A DNA stretch of 64,000 nt, from NCBI RefSeq assembly GCF_001194135.2, contig NC_068984.1, positions 77,276,290 to 77,340,289 on the forward strand, read 5' to 3'. Positions 1-13,611 of this stretch are shown piece after piece. A program made the translations under genes and the position numbers. Source of the DNA: Octopus bimaculoides (Eukaryota). How positions within the stretch are numbered: position 1 is the first letter of the stretch; the number at the start of each line of letters is the position of its first letter. The notes below the pieces were generated by a model. That model was not told the origin of the DNA and ran no database searches. It worked only from the letters and a program-made list of their open reading frames with translations.

Positions 1-736
1 CAATCTAATTTTTACTTCCAAACAAGTGATTACTATGTGTGTTTCACCCTGGTAAACCTCGTCACCAGAGGATAGTTTCAACATGTTTGCATGTCAGAAA
101 TTACATTTATAGATACGGAAAAGGAAGTTCAATATATTTTTGGTTAAGACTAATTATTTATATGATAAAAATATAAAAAGTTAGAGGAAAAAATTCCTGA
201 AGGCCGTTGGTATGAATTTGAAACCTTGAATTAAAGGGTCTTGGATTGAATGCCGCTCACAATATATTTTCGATTTGAAGACATTTTCTTCTGAGCGAGA
301 GACGATAGACAAACACTTATGGGCAGATGTTAACATCGTTGTAGCGTGCCTTTCGTGGATTTTACTCTTTTGTAAGAATTCAGCTCATACCTCACTGCTT
401 ATTGTGATTGTTCTATAGATGTTCTGAGAGGTTATCGTCTGGATAAACTCCACGAGTTTGGCAGGAACTACGCTTGTAAAAGCTCATGCAGAGTAACGTA
501 ACTCTGTTCTACTGTCTAACATCTTAAACAAAGGGTCGACGGATTTAACTTTCGCTGATTTTGTCTACCAAATTATAAGGCCTTTGCTGGATTGTGTGTT
601 GAACAAATTTTTAACACTCTGAGTATCATAAATATGTACGTGTGTGATATGATGCTATAAACGTAATCGATAATACATTTATATAAATAATAATTTATAT
701 GGAAATGGTTAACTAATTGTTTTCTTTTGTTTCTAG

Positions 737-850
737 GTGGTCTCTGGTGCAATCGAACATGGGACGGCATTATGTGTTGGGATGACACTCCTGCATCAAC
801 AACAGAAAGACAATCATGTCCTCATTATATTCATGGTTTTAAAACATCTA
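737..850 (+). CDS. Class B1 GPCR internal exon (hormone-receptor ectodomain, first part)
   Basis: Acceptor ttgtttctAG at 735-736, donor GTaagt at 851. Phase 1/1. Translates GLWCNRTWDGIMCWDDTPASTTERQSCPHYIHGFKTS, the CxxxWDGxxCW...CP signature of secretin-family ectodomains. Confidence 0.95.
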
Positions 851-884
851 GTAAGTAGTAACCGAGCAATTTTCTAAAACCTAC

Positions 885-916
<32 letters not shown>

Positions 917-1020
917 NNNNNNNNNNNNNNNNNNNNNNNNNNNNNNNNNNNNNNNNNNNNNNNNNNNNNNNNNNNNNNNNNNNNNNNNNNNNNNNNNNNN
1001 NNNNNNNNNNNNNNNNNNNN

Positions 1021-1135
1021 GACTAGTACTTATTCTATCGGTCTCTTTTGCCAAACCGCTAAGTTACGGGGACATAAACAAACCAGCATCAGTTGTCATG
1101 CGATGGTTGGCGGGGACAAACTCAGACAGACAGAT
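1021..1135 (+). mobile_element. SINE-like interspersed repeat fragment (family A, microsatellite-associated)
   Basis: tacttattctatcggtctcttttgcc..accgctaagttacggggac..aaac recurs at ~38950-39100, ~55835-56035 (+) and ~24575-24760, ~26650-26830 (-). Confidence 0.75.
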
Positions 1136-1176
1136 ACACACACACACCTAAACACACACACCAATATATTCATATA

Positions 1177-1252
<76 letters not shown>

Positions 1253-1267
1253 CACGCACACACACAT

Positions 1268-1302
<35 letters not shown>

Positions 1303-1339
1303 CTTTTTATCTGTTTTCCTTTACTTGCTTCAATGATGT

Positions 1340-1440
1340 GTCTGTGGCCATGTTGGGGCACTGCCTAAGGTACCACGCAGTGGAACTGAACCCAGAACCA
1401 TGTGGTTGGGAAGCAAACTTCTTACGACACAGCCCATAGC
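1340..1440 (-). mobile_element. tRNA-derived SINE head (family C)
   Basis: Reverse complement matches the + strand copy at 50082-50250 (gtgtcgtaagaagtttgcttcccaaccacatggttctgggttcagttccactgcgtggtacc). Confidence 0.7.
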
Positions 1441-4400
1441 AGCAGCAGAGTAATTACTAGGTATCGATTCTTTGTGTAAGGGAATGCAGCATGTAAAAAG
1501 TGAAAAATTGCTTCTATTAAGAGATTTAAACTCTTATGTTTATACAATTAAGTTTAAATTTCCTCGAGATATCTTATGTCTTCTATATCCATATCTATGG
1601 ACTCCGAACATAAACTTCCTGTAAACATATGAAGGTTAACGGAATCAAGCATGGCACTAAGTAAATGAGGTCGGATAAAAAACACGGGGCTCACCGATCC
1701 TATTCATCCCTAACAGAACTTAAACACGCAACAAATAGAAGAAAATTAGTGGTTACCGACTTTCAGTCAATAAAGATAGGGATATTCATTCATTCATTCA
1801 TTCATTTACTCATTCAATGATAAACAATGTAAAATTTGTCCGTGTGTATATTAGATTACACATCACAGTAATGGGTATAATTTGAATTGATTATCGTTAG
1901 ATTGTCTTACATGCTTTGAAGACGTTATCGTTGTGTCGATATATCGACATTCGCGTCTCTGTCTAGATACATTTGTACGTCGATTACATGTGGAATAAGA
2001 GTTAATTAATCAATAGGTTAACTGACGATGTTTATTAATTATAACATTGATAATCAGTATCCTGAATGTGTGGTCAACATATGGAATTCTAAAACAAATC
2101 AGCCCAAAATATGTATCATAGTGTAAGATCAATGCTCCATTGTAACGATCGTCAGTACTATAAAAGTGGCTTGTATTGTAGAATGATAAGCAAATGCAGC
2201 TGTCTCAAATGTTAAATCTGTTAGAAATTGCAGCCAAATCTTAAAAATGGAAGAATTAATGGGATACTATGGCTGTGAAGAAAAAGTATAGGATAGTCAT
2301 AGCTATGACATCTTTGATCGTAGGACTGTTAGTTCAGCATAGATGAGAGGCTAAACATCTACAGCAACAATTGAGAGAATGACATTAAACCAAATTCTTC
2401 AGTTGGGCTTCTACAATTTTATGACGCAATGTCAACCATATTCATAAACACACTGGTATACCTAGGGTTATATGAACCCACGACACTAGATTTCGCAAAC
2501 AAATTACATTAAATTCATCAGTTTGCTTTTAATCTTTGATAAAATAATTTTCATTAAAGTAGCATCGATATTTTTTTTTTTTTACATTGGCACATGTCTG
2601 CAAGGAAAATTAACCATTTAAATACACCACGCGATCTTTCTAGTATCAAATCTAGAAGGTCGAATGGCAAAGTAGTTCTTGGTCAGATTTGAGCGCAAAA
2701 CGTAAAGGGACGTAATCAAATTCTATGAAATATCTTATCCGAAGCTTCAACTGTTTTATCATTAACATTTCTCGCCATTCTTATAGCAAGGTTTTCTAAG
2801 ACATGCACAAAGCTACAAAGCAGTAGAGCAGATTTAATAAATCCTTACTATATAGCCGGTATTTTATTTTTAACTATCGCAGAAAGATGAAAGATAAACT
2901 TCTTAGTGGCGGAATTTAAACGTGAAACGTAAAGGTGAAGTAAAAATAACACAAGGCATTCCATCTTATATAATAAATGATACAGTATTTAGCATATTAT
3001 ACAGAATATAGTCATGTAAACCTATATGATTAAAAGGTAACGACTGATCCTCTACCAGGTCGCTCAACCTTCAAGAAAAGTTGCCGAATGACGCTCAAAT
3101 AAAATTACCCTCGTCTAAAACAGGAAAAGATACATCGGAAAATGTACTAGATAATCAAAGATGGAACAGTCTCGATCATAAGTTTGCTCAATGAAAGTTT
3201 ACCTGGGGCTAAATAACATTAATAACTATTACATCAGAAAAGGTACTACTAAGCGTTCTCAAGAACCTATACAGTATTATTCTCTCTTTTTTCGACAAAG
3301 AAAAGAATCATTTGTTTAATGCTTTCTGCTAATATCCAGGATGAACAACACACTAGATCACTGATAGAATGTGTTCTCAAACAACAAGTAAAGCACTATT
3401 CTAAATTATGCTATTAAGAAAAAAATGATTGTTATTAGCATTCAGAAGATAAGTGTTGTTTATAAAGATAAGAACGTTTACGCAACAATACTGTTTTAAA
3501 AATTTTTGTCCTTATTTTTGTTGCCGCTAATATAAACACTGAAAATGAATTTCTCGCCACGACATAGATACGACAGTCACAGAGTTCATAGGCTGATTGT
3601 GCCAAAGATAGCACATTGAATGGCTGGAGGGAAGAAATAGTTCGCAAAATTGAGTTATAATGCAAACAGCAAGCTCCCTTCTAGGTAAGCCGGTGACGCA
3701 GTTTCGATTCAATTTACCGTCAGTAATTTTTCTTAAAAAGTTATTGCTGTTTAGGCACATCTGAACTCTGATCTATGAGAAATAATTACAGACGTTCATC
3801 CTTGACTATCGTGTGAAATGTNNNNNNNNNNGGGGCTTAGTGTACTGGATTATATAATCTAAAGCTTCCCTCCGTGTGTAAGATGATAAAGTGTTTTCGA
3901 AAGAAATTTAGTTGGTATTTCTAACAGTTTTCTCGACTGGTTAGAGGCTCCTTTGTATGTTGCTGCTAATAGGTTTTTAAAAAATGAACGAACATCACAA
4001 AATCTCATCGACATTGTTAATATTCTGTTGGAATAGTTGCGAGCTGATGACTGCCAGGAGAAAATGCAGGGCAGGATTTCTAAAGGGCTCGGTTAGGAAG
4101 GACTGGATATAGAAGTTAATAGAGGGGCTAAGATAAATGAGGACACAATATGGTGGGTGAGGATGAAAGACGGGTAAGATGTGTATCCAGAATGAATGTG
4201 ACATCAAGCCAGAAATCTCCTTGGAGCAGACTCCCGCTATAGATAAAATATTGTGTTGTGTGTGATGCAATGTAAAATTCACTTGTCTCTTTTATCAGAC
4301 TGACACATTATAGCGTACAGACCAAAAGTTATATAAGCTACAGATGCATAAATAGGAGAATATGGGAACCTATACCGAGCTTAAAAATATTCTAAAAGAG

Positions 4401-4520
4401 AGATGAAATTGTTACAAAAGTCATCTCCTTACCAAAGAATTTTAAAGCATGACAATATTTAGAGAAAAGTTGCATATGTATATATCAACAAAATGTAATA
4501 CCATTGCTTTACAACAGAGA

Positions 4521-4574
<54 letters not shown>

Positions 4575-4577
<3 letters not shown>

Positions 4578-5140
4578 TGTTCCAAGTTTTGCCACAAGGC
4601 CAGCAATTTTGTGGGAGGGGATGAATCGATTACAACGACTCATCCGCTAAGCATTTCGTCCGGCGCGCTAAAGAATCCGCCAGTAATAATAATAATAATA
4701 ATAATGGTTTCAAATTTTTCCATAAGGGCAGCCATTTGGAGAGGGAGAGGATTTGTCGATTATACTGACCTCAGTGTTTCACTGGTACTTAATTTATCGA
4801 CCCCGAAAGGATGAAAAACAAAGTCGACCTTAGCGGAATTCGAACTCAGAACGTGAAGACAGATAAAATATGATAAGTCTTTCGCTCAGCTTGCTAACGA
4901 CTCTGCCAGCTCCATGTCTTCTTAATAATAACAATAACAATAATAATAATGATAATAATAACCCTTTCAACGAAAGGCACCAGGGCTTGAAATGTCTTGG
5001 GATGGGACTAGTCGACTACATCGACCTCAGTACTCCATTGGTACTTAATTTATCAACCCCGAAAGGATGAAAGGCAAAGTCGATTTCTGCTGAATTTGAA
5101 CTTATTTCGTCCAGCGCGCAAACTTTTCTACCAGCTCGCC
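4575..5140 (-). mobile_element. Cluster of 2-3 copies of tRNA-derived SINE (family B) interleaved with (AAT)n
   Basis: Repeated gtcgattatactgacctcagt..ggtacttaatttatcgaccccgaaaggatgaaa..caaagtcgac, the reverse complement of the copy at 8224-8440. Confidence 0.8.
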
Positions 5141-5605
5141 GCCTAATAATAATGATAGCATTAATAAGAAGGATAGTAATAACTTATTACATAGGTGCAA
5201 GCCAGAGTAATACTGATAATAGTTGTTTTTTTTTTTTTAATAATAAAATTAATAATAGATTCTGACGTAGACACAGTGTGTGATAAGTATAGTCGATTAG
5301 ACAGACTACATGTGATTAGTATTTATTTTATCGAACACAGAATAATGAAGTGCAAAATCTGCCTCAGTGACTGGCACAAAGCCTCAAATTTAGAAGAGGC
5401 CTATAAATCAATTATATTGCTAGATTGCTACCATATTTCTACGACGCAGGCAGGCTGGAAAGCAAAGTAAATCTTGAAAAATCAACGCAACTAAATACTG
5501 CGAGGTATTGTGTCCGATGCTCCACTAATTCTAGCAAATACAAATAATCTTTTGAGTATTATGTTTTATGTTCTGTTATCGGTGGTATATTTTTTTCTCT
5601 TCTAG

Positions 5606-5718
5606 ATTTTGCCGTCAAAACCTGCACTGAAGAAGGCGTGTGGTATTTCAATTCCAAGATTAACAAGACATGGACCGATTACTCTTCTTGTGTCCAGGAA
5701 TTTTCTAGTAATTTTCAG
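5606..5718 (+). CDS. Class B1 GPCR internal exon (ectodomain, second part)
   Basis: Acceptor ttttttctcttctAG, donor GTaagt at 5719. In frame with the previous exon: (N)FAVKTCTEEGVWYFNSKINKTWTDYSSCVQEFSSNFQ, matching the KxCxxxGxW...WxxYxxC motif. Confidence 0.95.
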
Positions 5719-6462
5719 GTAAGTAAATAATGCGCGTTTCAAATGAAATTTAATTGGTTATACATAATATTTCCCCATCTGGTCGCGCACACACGGAATT
5801 TTCAAATCTTTCGTTGGCTAAATACATCCATAACTTCAGGCTCGATAGAGGCTTGCAGTAATAAAATTTGGAAATGTTAGTCAATGGATTACTCTTTCAC
5901 CGAGCCTGCACATTCACTATGCTACTTTCTATAGCTTCCTCTGTTTCGCTAAGTCAGGTGGCTCTTGGGAGTTAAGCCTTGCCAAAGAGAAGCTCCTATT
6001 TGGCCCATGGTATTTACATATTCACCGCTAACCTATATATCTAGATGTAATTCTCATATCTGCCCTCGGAGATTAACCGAGTAGGAATTTCTCTTGCAAT
6101 CTATCTGCTGTCTGCTAACGCTACAATATTTATATCCAAACCAGCCCATACAACTGTGTGATAAAGCAGCCAAATGTATCAAACTCAGTTTGTGAGGTTG
6201 CTATACTTGATAATCGCTTTATCATCCAGCCCTCGATACATGGGCTGTAAAACAGGACTCAGATTTGAAATTGGAAAGTAAGTTGTACATCTAAATTTCT
6301 ATCCGCCCGCCCCCACTGTCACTGCTCACTAAAAGATTTTTTTAGGGTGCTACAACGTTATTCTTTACCTAACCAGAAGTAATCAGAAGCCTAATTTTCT
6401 AACCATAAAATCAGGCACCTTCTTTTATGTGTGCTTGTGTGTGTGTGTGTGTGTGTGTGTGT

Positions 6463-6545
<83 letters not shown>

Positions 6546-6980
6546 CTAACTCTAATTGGCAGTGCTAAACTTCTACACATTCTGCCCCTTGAACTCTGGC
6601 TAAAGGTTACGTCAAGATTACATAGCAACATACTCCACGTGAAATACATAGCGACATACGCATTTCAAATTCAATATATCAGTTCTTCCGTAAATCGAAG
6701 AGCTATAATATTATTCAAGTAGACGGAATATTAACATTTACTTTTCTCATGTATTCTGTAAGTGGATATTTATTTATAGCAATTTAAATAGAAGAAACGA
6801 ATTCAAAATGAATTTCGGGTACATAAAAGATAATCAATTTAGCTGTAAATATTATATTTGGTATTCCTCTAAACATACGGAAATCAGAATGTAATTATGA
6901 CAGAAATATTAAAAGGAAGACGAGTGACAAAGCCTTGATTGGTTTCATATTTCATTATTTTGAATCTGTTGCTCTTTCAG

Positions 6981-7075
6981 GACCATCTTGATCGTGTCAA
7001 TTCCATAACAACATTTGGTTATGGTGCTTCACTTGTATCTCTGAGTGCGGCCATCATAATAATGATTTCCTGTAG
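6981..7075 (+). CDS. Class B1 GPCR exon encoding TM1
   Basis: Acceptor gctctttcAG, donor GTgagt at 7076. DHLDRVNSITTFGYGASLVSLSAAIIIMISC(R) contains the GYxxSLxxL TM1 motif; phase 0/2. Confidence 0.93.
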
Positions 7076-7105
7076 GTGAGTATACATTTCTTTTGTATGT
7101 GCAAG

Positions 7106-7154
<49 letters not shown>

Positions 7155-7249
7155 ATTATTATTATTATTATTGAAAATAAATTTCAGGGTAGCAAATAAA
7201 TTTTAGAAATTTTTTGCTACCAGTGGTCTAGCGAGAAGAAAAAAACTAG

Positions 7250-7886
7250 TCAATAGGCTATTATTCATATAAATACAGTGTACATTTAAAGACGCACTGG
7301 AAGTACAGCAGTTTGGCGTTCCTTTTATCCTTTCGTTCCAGGTGGGGCTACGGGTTCTTAGACTCCTGGAACTCAACTTGGGCTACTTTTGCGTCACCCA
7401 CAGCCGTTGCAGACTCCTCAACACGCCCTTCATCCTCAGGTCAAACAAAAACGTCTTCACCTTCCATAACGATAAGCGATAACTTGATAAGTCGATAACG
7501 CACACTGCTGTCACTGACACTGTAAGACTGTAATATGACAAAATCGTACGTGAGCACAACTCAAAACTTCAGAATTACACAATGCTGCCCAGTTAGCTGC
7601 TGCTGCGTCGACCAATAATGCTTGTCACGTGTACACGTAGTCAGACAATAGCGTGACTGACGGACTCTTCCAGACACACCCACAATAGACAGGAACAAAC
7701 ACGTATGAATTTTGTTCGCGGACTTAAAGATAACGGAGCTAAATGTAGCGGAAGCTAATTGGTCCGGAAACGGTTTCCGAAGTTAGCTAAACAAAAAGTC
7801 CGTAAACGGTTTCCGAAATTAGCTAAGCAAAGAGTTAGCTTCGCTAATTAGCTCTTAGCGGATTAGCAACACTATGCCCGCCACGG
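7250..7886 (-). mobile_element. 5' end of a decayed hAT-like DNA transposon
   Basis: Minus-strand terminus ccgtggcgggcatagtgttgctaatccgctaagagctaattagcgaagctaac with dense gctaa/ttagc subterminal repeats. A stop-interrupted ORF start follows: MEGEDVFV*PEDEGRVEESATAVGDAKVAQVEFQESKNP*PHLERKDKRNAKLLYFQCVFKC, with a BED-finger-like Cys region. Superfamily call is from recalled resemblance. Confidence 0.6.
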
Positions 7887-8223
7887 TATATATATATAAC
7901 AAAAGAGAAAATGGAATTCGCGAGATTGCTTGATAATCACAAAGATCATTTCCACACATCTTGCGTTCGTCCCGCACGGTTAAGATTCTGAACGACTGGT
8001 TATTGTGCATTATTTGGTGTAGATGTGTCTCGTCAGGCGACTTTTGAAAAGGTACTTTCCTCATTAAACTCGGTTTCACTTAGTTCGTTTATAATGCATT
8101 TCGTTATTTGTCTGTAGCTGGTTGTGTACTGGGACATAGTACTTTGGTGTGTGTTATATTCTATGAGTATATCTATGTCTTTTAATTTTACTGTTCTTTC
8201 CTATTTTTGCTTTCCCTTATAAT

Positions 8224-8440
8224 GAAAGACGGCGAGCTAGCAGAATCGTTAACACGCTGGACGATATGCTTATAAGTATTTTGCCCGTCACTGCGCTCTG
8301 AATTCAAATTCCGCCGAAGTCGACTTAACCTTTCATCCTTTCGGGGTCGATAAAATAAGTACCAGTTGAACACTGGAGTCAATGTAATCGAACCATCCCC
8401 TTCCCCAAAATTACATCGCTTGTGGCAAAATTTGAAACCA
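8224..8440 (+). mobile_element. Near full-length tRNA-derived SINE (family B)
   Basis: A-box-like tagcagaatcg and B-box-like aattcaaattc. The body ctttcatcctttcggggtcgataaaataagtaccagttga recurs more than 10 times in the window. Confidence 0.85.
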
Positions 8441-9540
8441 TTATTCTATGTTACTTTTATTTGTAATTAATTATTTCATTTCACTTTTATTTGTTATTTC
8501 GTTTATTTGTCCTTTCTTCCCTTGCCTAAATAGCATGTTGATAATTAATCAGCCACCACGTCTCTTTATCTAAAAATGGCGCCACTCCCCCTACAAAAAA
8601 AATAACCTTTTAACCTTCCATAACTGGGAGGTGCATATTTAAAATTTTTCTTTTCTTCCACTTAGTTCATCCTCTAAAGATGTTGACCTAAACACTGAAT
8701 TTAACTCTTTTAATTCACATGAAAAACACAGGTTTTTTTTTACACAGTTTAATTGATATGCTTATCAAGAAAAGAAAAGAACATCTGAAAAGCCTTCAGT
8801 GAACCACCTCAGCCTATTTGTGTTACTATATATATATATATATANNNNNNNNNNNNNNNNNNNNNNNNNNNNNNNNNNNNNNNNNNNNNNNNNNNNNNNN
8901 NNNNNNNNNNNNNNNNNNNNNNNNNNNNNNNNNNNNNNNNNNNNNNNNNNNNNNNNNNNNNNNNNNNNNNNNNNNNNNNNNNNNNNNNNNNNNNNNNNNN
9001 NNNNNNNNNNNNNNNNNNNNNNNNNNNNNNNNNNNNNNNNNNNNNNNNNNNNNNNNNNNNNNNNNNNNNNNNNNNNNNNNNNNNNNNNNNNNNNNNNNNN
9101 NNNNNNNNNNNNNNNNNNNNNNNNNNNNNNNNNNNNNNNNNNNNNNNNNNNNNNNNNNNNNNNNNNNNNNNNNNNNNNNNNNNNNNNNNNNNNNNNNNNN
9201 NNNNNNNNNNNNNNNNNNNNNNNNNNNNNNNNNNNNNNNNNNNNNNNNNNNNNNNNNNNNNNNNNNNNNNNNNNNNNNNNNNNNNNNNNNNNNNNNNNNN
9301 NNNNNNNNNNNNNNNNNNNNNNNNNNNNNNNNNNNNNNNNNNNNNNNNNNNNNNNNNNNNNNNNNNNNNNNNNNNNNNNNNNNNNNNNNNNNNNNNNNNN
9401 NNNNNNNNNNNNNNNNNNNNNNNNNNNNNNNNNNNNNNNNNNNNNNNNNNNNNNNNNNNNNNNNNNNNNNNNNNNNNNNNNNNNNNNNNNNNNNNNNNNN
9501 NNNNNNNNNNNNNNNNNNNNNNNNNNNNNNNNNNNNNNNN

Positions 9541-10430
9541 NGGGGTGGGTGGTGGGTGTAAGGAATTGGATGGGGTGGAGTGGGAAGGTAGAGTAGGAGT
9601 GTGTTGGGGTAGGGTGGGATGAGCTTATGAGGGAGGTTGACGATGAAGGGGGAAGGGAAGGTGGATGTAAGAGAGGGGGAGGGGGGTATGGGAGTTGGGA
9701 GAAAGAGAGGGAGAAAGAAGAGAGTGAGAGTGAGAGAGAGGGAAAGAGAGAAGAGAGAGAGAGAGTAAGACAGAAGAGAGTGAGAGAGAGTAAGAGAGTA
9801 AGGGTGAGAGAGTAAGAGAGTAAGAGTGAGAGAGGGGAGAGTAAGAGAGAAGAGAGTGAGAGAGAGTAAGAGAGTGGAGAGAAAGAGTAGGGGTGAAGGG
9901 AAGTGGGAGTGAAGATAAGTAGGAATGAAGAGAAGTAGGAAGAGAAGTAGGAGTGAAGAGAAGTAGGAATGAAGAGAAGTAGGAATGAAGAGAGGTAGGA
10001 GTGAAGAGAAGTAGGAGTGAAGAGAGGTGAAGAGACGTACGGAGAAGTAGGAGTCGGAGCAGGAGGGGGGAGGAGAGGGGGANNNNNNNNNNNNNNNNNN
10101 NNNNNNNNNNNNNNNNNNNNNNNNNNNNNNNNNNNNNNNNNNNNNNNNNNNNNNNNNNNNNNNNNNNNNNNNNNNNNNNNNNNNNNNNNNNNNNNNNNNN
10201 NNNNNNNNNNNNNNNNNNNNNNNNNNNNNNNNNNNNNNNNNNNNNNNATGGGTGGTAGGAGGGAGGGTGGGGGAGAGAGGCAGGGGAGGGGGTTAGATGA
10301 AGAGGGGAGGGGAGTTGAGCCCATGTGGCACAAAGGAGCGAAGAGAGAAGATTAATCCCTGTTCACGGCGCAAACGGGAGTCCGGATGGCCCCTGTGCAT
10401 GGACAATCAAAACACGGACAGGTGTTATAT
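9541..10430 (-). mobile_element. 3' end of a Penelope-like element (GIY-YIG C-terminus) with expanded purine/pyrimidine tail
   Basis: The minus strand of 10315-10426 reads HLSVF*LSMHRGHPDSRLRREQGLIFSLRSFVPHGLNS and is similar to 53020-53130. The downstream gaagagaagtagga units resemble 52960-52990. Confidence 0.75.
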
Positions 10431-10626
10431 ATATATATACTGTTGTGTCTGGGGAGAGACACAACAGAATATGCTTCAACACACGAAATCACATAAAAAA
10501 TCTTGCAAACCAAATCCAAAAACGAAATATATATATATACATGGGATAAAGAACAGAAAGTAGATTAAACAACATTGAACTTTGTATAGCATACTACAAG
10601 TTTTTTTTTACTTAGATTTTATCCAA

Positions 10627-10668
<42 letters not shown>

Positions 10669-12755
10669 CAACATAATATAATCATATGGACGGCAATATA
10701 TAATGTAAAGTCAGAAACAGAAACATCAAAGTACGATGAGACGTTATTAGATTATCCTTTGAAAGGAGTGTGGAAAGTGTTGACTGCCAGGACATTCCTG
10801 GGCTGTGCGCAGATTTCATATTCTCCCGAGGTCAACTTTGCTTTCCATCCTTCCGCAATCGATACCAGCTCAATTCTGCTGCATCATTCTCTACCATCTC
10901 TTATTGTATCATTGATTTCCTAGAATCATGAAGAGGTACCCAAGAGCGTGCTGGTGTCAACATGCGATTGTATGTTTACCTAAAACCTTTACCGAAAGCA
11001 TGTTACAAATTGATTCAAAGTCTTCCTTTTCAAACCTGATTTATGTATTCTCTTCCATTATAACTTTACTATCAGACCTCATATCAGGTACACAGTCCAC
11101 TACTTATAAAAAGCATCATACTCGATCTAACTACCCTAGCTTGTCTAGTTAAGCACACTACTCGCTTTAAACTATTATATTATACAATCTGTCACATTTT
11201 AATCTTTATTGATTCCCTTTTATGTAGCCATCCATTTCTCACTTGTTTTCTGTTATCCATTCACTCTCCACTTTCTCACTACAAAGTTGCTTTTATCTTT
11301 TCATTTTTACTATCAACATATTTTTGAACAACCTTTTAGGCATTATCATTATCATGGGAACTTTACCTGTATCTGTTATCTTCACCTTATCGCTTTTTGT
11401 ATTTCAATCTTTCTATTGTATTTACTAAGTCTGCCACTTTAATTCTTTTTAATTTTATAGTTATTACCATCATAACAGTTACCATTTTCATTTATAATTC
11501 TCGATTTTGTGATTTCTATCATATCTATCATGATAATTATTAGCTTTATTATTAATTTAACTCTATTAACTTAGGTAGTCAGACACTGTGATTTCTTTCA
11601 GGTGTGGTAGTTACAAGTTAACAGCAGACGACACGTTCCAATCCATCAGATGATATAAAGACTTTTATGGTTCTCTCTTTTACATACATGCATACACACA
11701 CACACATACACACACACGCACGCACGCACACACACACACACACGCACACACACACACACACTCACACTCACACACACATATTGTATATAAAATTGAATAG
11801 AGCTTTGAAAGCCATAAAATGTAATTTCGTTTTGTTTATATCTTATTAATGGTAGATTTATGATAAAGGATAGATGGCAAAAACGACTTTTTGTCATGTA
11901 TTATCAACTTTTTAATCATCGATATTGCATGATTTTATTATATATATTTTTAAGATTGCTTAGCTACATCCACGTATTCTTTATCGAACACTCACCCATT
12001 TCGGTTTATTGCTCCATCGTCTTAATGTAACTTAAATTATCATCCCCCCATGCTTTTGAATATGCATCTTTGTATCAGTCATATAATGGCGTTAGATATG
12101 CTTTGAGCCTCCCTGAATAAAGGGATGTAACTCTATAGATGATCGTGTTCGACTGCATGTGTACATATCAAAGTATGCTTTATATATGTACATATACACA
12201 GAACAGAGTGAAGCATGAATATGATGAACATCAATACACGGTTTTATAATTTTTTAAATGTATATTTTTCAAATAGTTTTCTTTATTATATTTATTATAA
12301 ATTTCTATTATTTTCACACATTGTCAATGTATATATTTTTCATCAGATAAAGAAGGACTTTGCTTCCTTTTTTCCTGCTGAATGTTCTTACGCATTTTCA
12401 CAACAAAGTAAAAAGGTATTTAGCACCCAAATGTTCATATACGCAATGCAATAATATGATAGCCCGTCTAGCAAGCGTTCATACATGACCGAGAAATACA
12501 TTCAGGCATCATCGCATTTTTTATCTTTATATGGAACAAATCATATAGTGATTATACTTGTTCCAATATACATTCTCGAATGAAGATCGGGAATGTGAAA
12601 CTGAGAGTCATGTTTTGTGAAGTTTCCAGTTTCTATACAGAATTAAACCCCACATTACATTCTGAGTGCCCTACTTTTATTCACACGAGACAGATTATCA
12701 CGAAATAAAAAGAAACATAAATATATACACATGCACACAGACACACACACATACC

Positions 12756-12814
<59 letters not shown>

Positions 12815-12905
12815 GAATCGACAGATAGATTTAATAGAACAAGCAGAAGACATGAATTCAATACATGCGTATATAATCTGTTTTCTATTATCGTAATTGA
12901 CATTT

Positions 12906-13058
12906 AAGGCGGTGTGCTGGCAGAATAGTACGCCGGGAAAAATGTTTTGCGGCATTTCGCCCATATTTACATTCTGAGTTCAGATTTAGCTGGAGCCAAC
13001 TTTGCCTTTCATCCTTATGATGTCAATAAAATAAGTATCAGTTGAACACTGAGTGGAT
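12906..13058 (+). mobile_element. tRNA-derived SINE (family B), 3' truncated
   Basis: ggcggtgtgctggcagaatag..ttctgagttcagatttagc..ctttgcctttcatcc aligns with 8224-8440. Confidence 0.8.
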
Positions 13059-13560
13059 ATTTACATATATATATATATATATANNNNNNNNNNNNNNNNN
13101 NNNNNNNNNNNNNNNNNNNNNNNNNNNNNNNNNNNNNNNNNNNNNNNNNNNNNNNNNNNNNNNNNNNNNNNNNNNNNNNNNNNNNNNNNNNNNNNNNNNN
13201 NNNNNNNNNNNNNNNNNNNNNNNTATATAGTGAAATCTTTAGGTTATACATCCTGTGATCTCTTCAGCGGCTCTCCATCCCATGTGTCTCCTCCTGTTCT
13301 GTTTAATCCATTCTCTAAACAGAACAGGAGGAGACACGTGAGATAGAGAGTCGTTGAAGAGGTCACAGGATGTGTGGCAAAAGATTTCGGACAAAGGACA
13401 CTTAAATTAGCATAACAATAAAGCGGAAGTGAAAAACAAGTACATGATGCGTGTGGCTGATTGGCAAAAACAACATGGCCGTCCCAAAATGTAACAATAC
13501 ATAAATCTGTGCACGCACGTGTATATGTGTGTTGTGTGTGCGTGTGTGTGTGTGTGTGTG

Positions 13561-13611
<51 letters not shown>

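Noticed and set aside
2478-2522. Minus-strand CTGATGA...GAAA..GTC
   Set aside because: Neither stem I nor stem II pairs; probably chance.
8765-10333. Long ORFs in the supplied track (522 aa, 265 aa, and others at 22.2, 33.8, 36.3, 47.9, 51.4 and 62.4 kb)
   Set aside because: Their length comes from N gaps and microsatellites translated as X, YI, HT or CV runs; they have no protein motifs.
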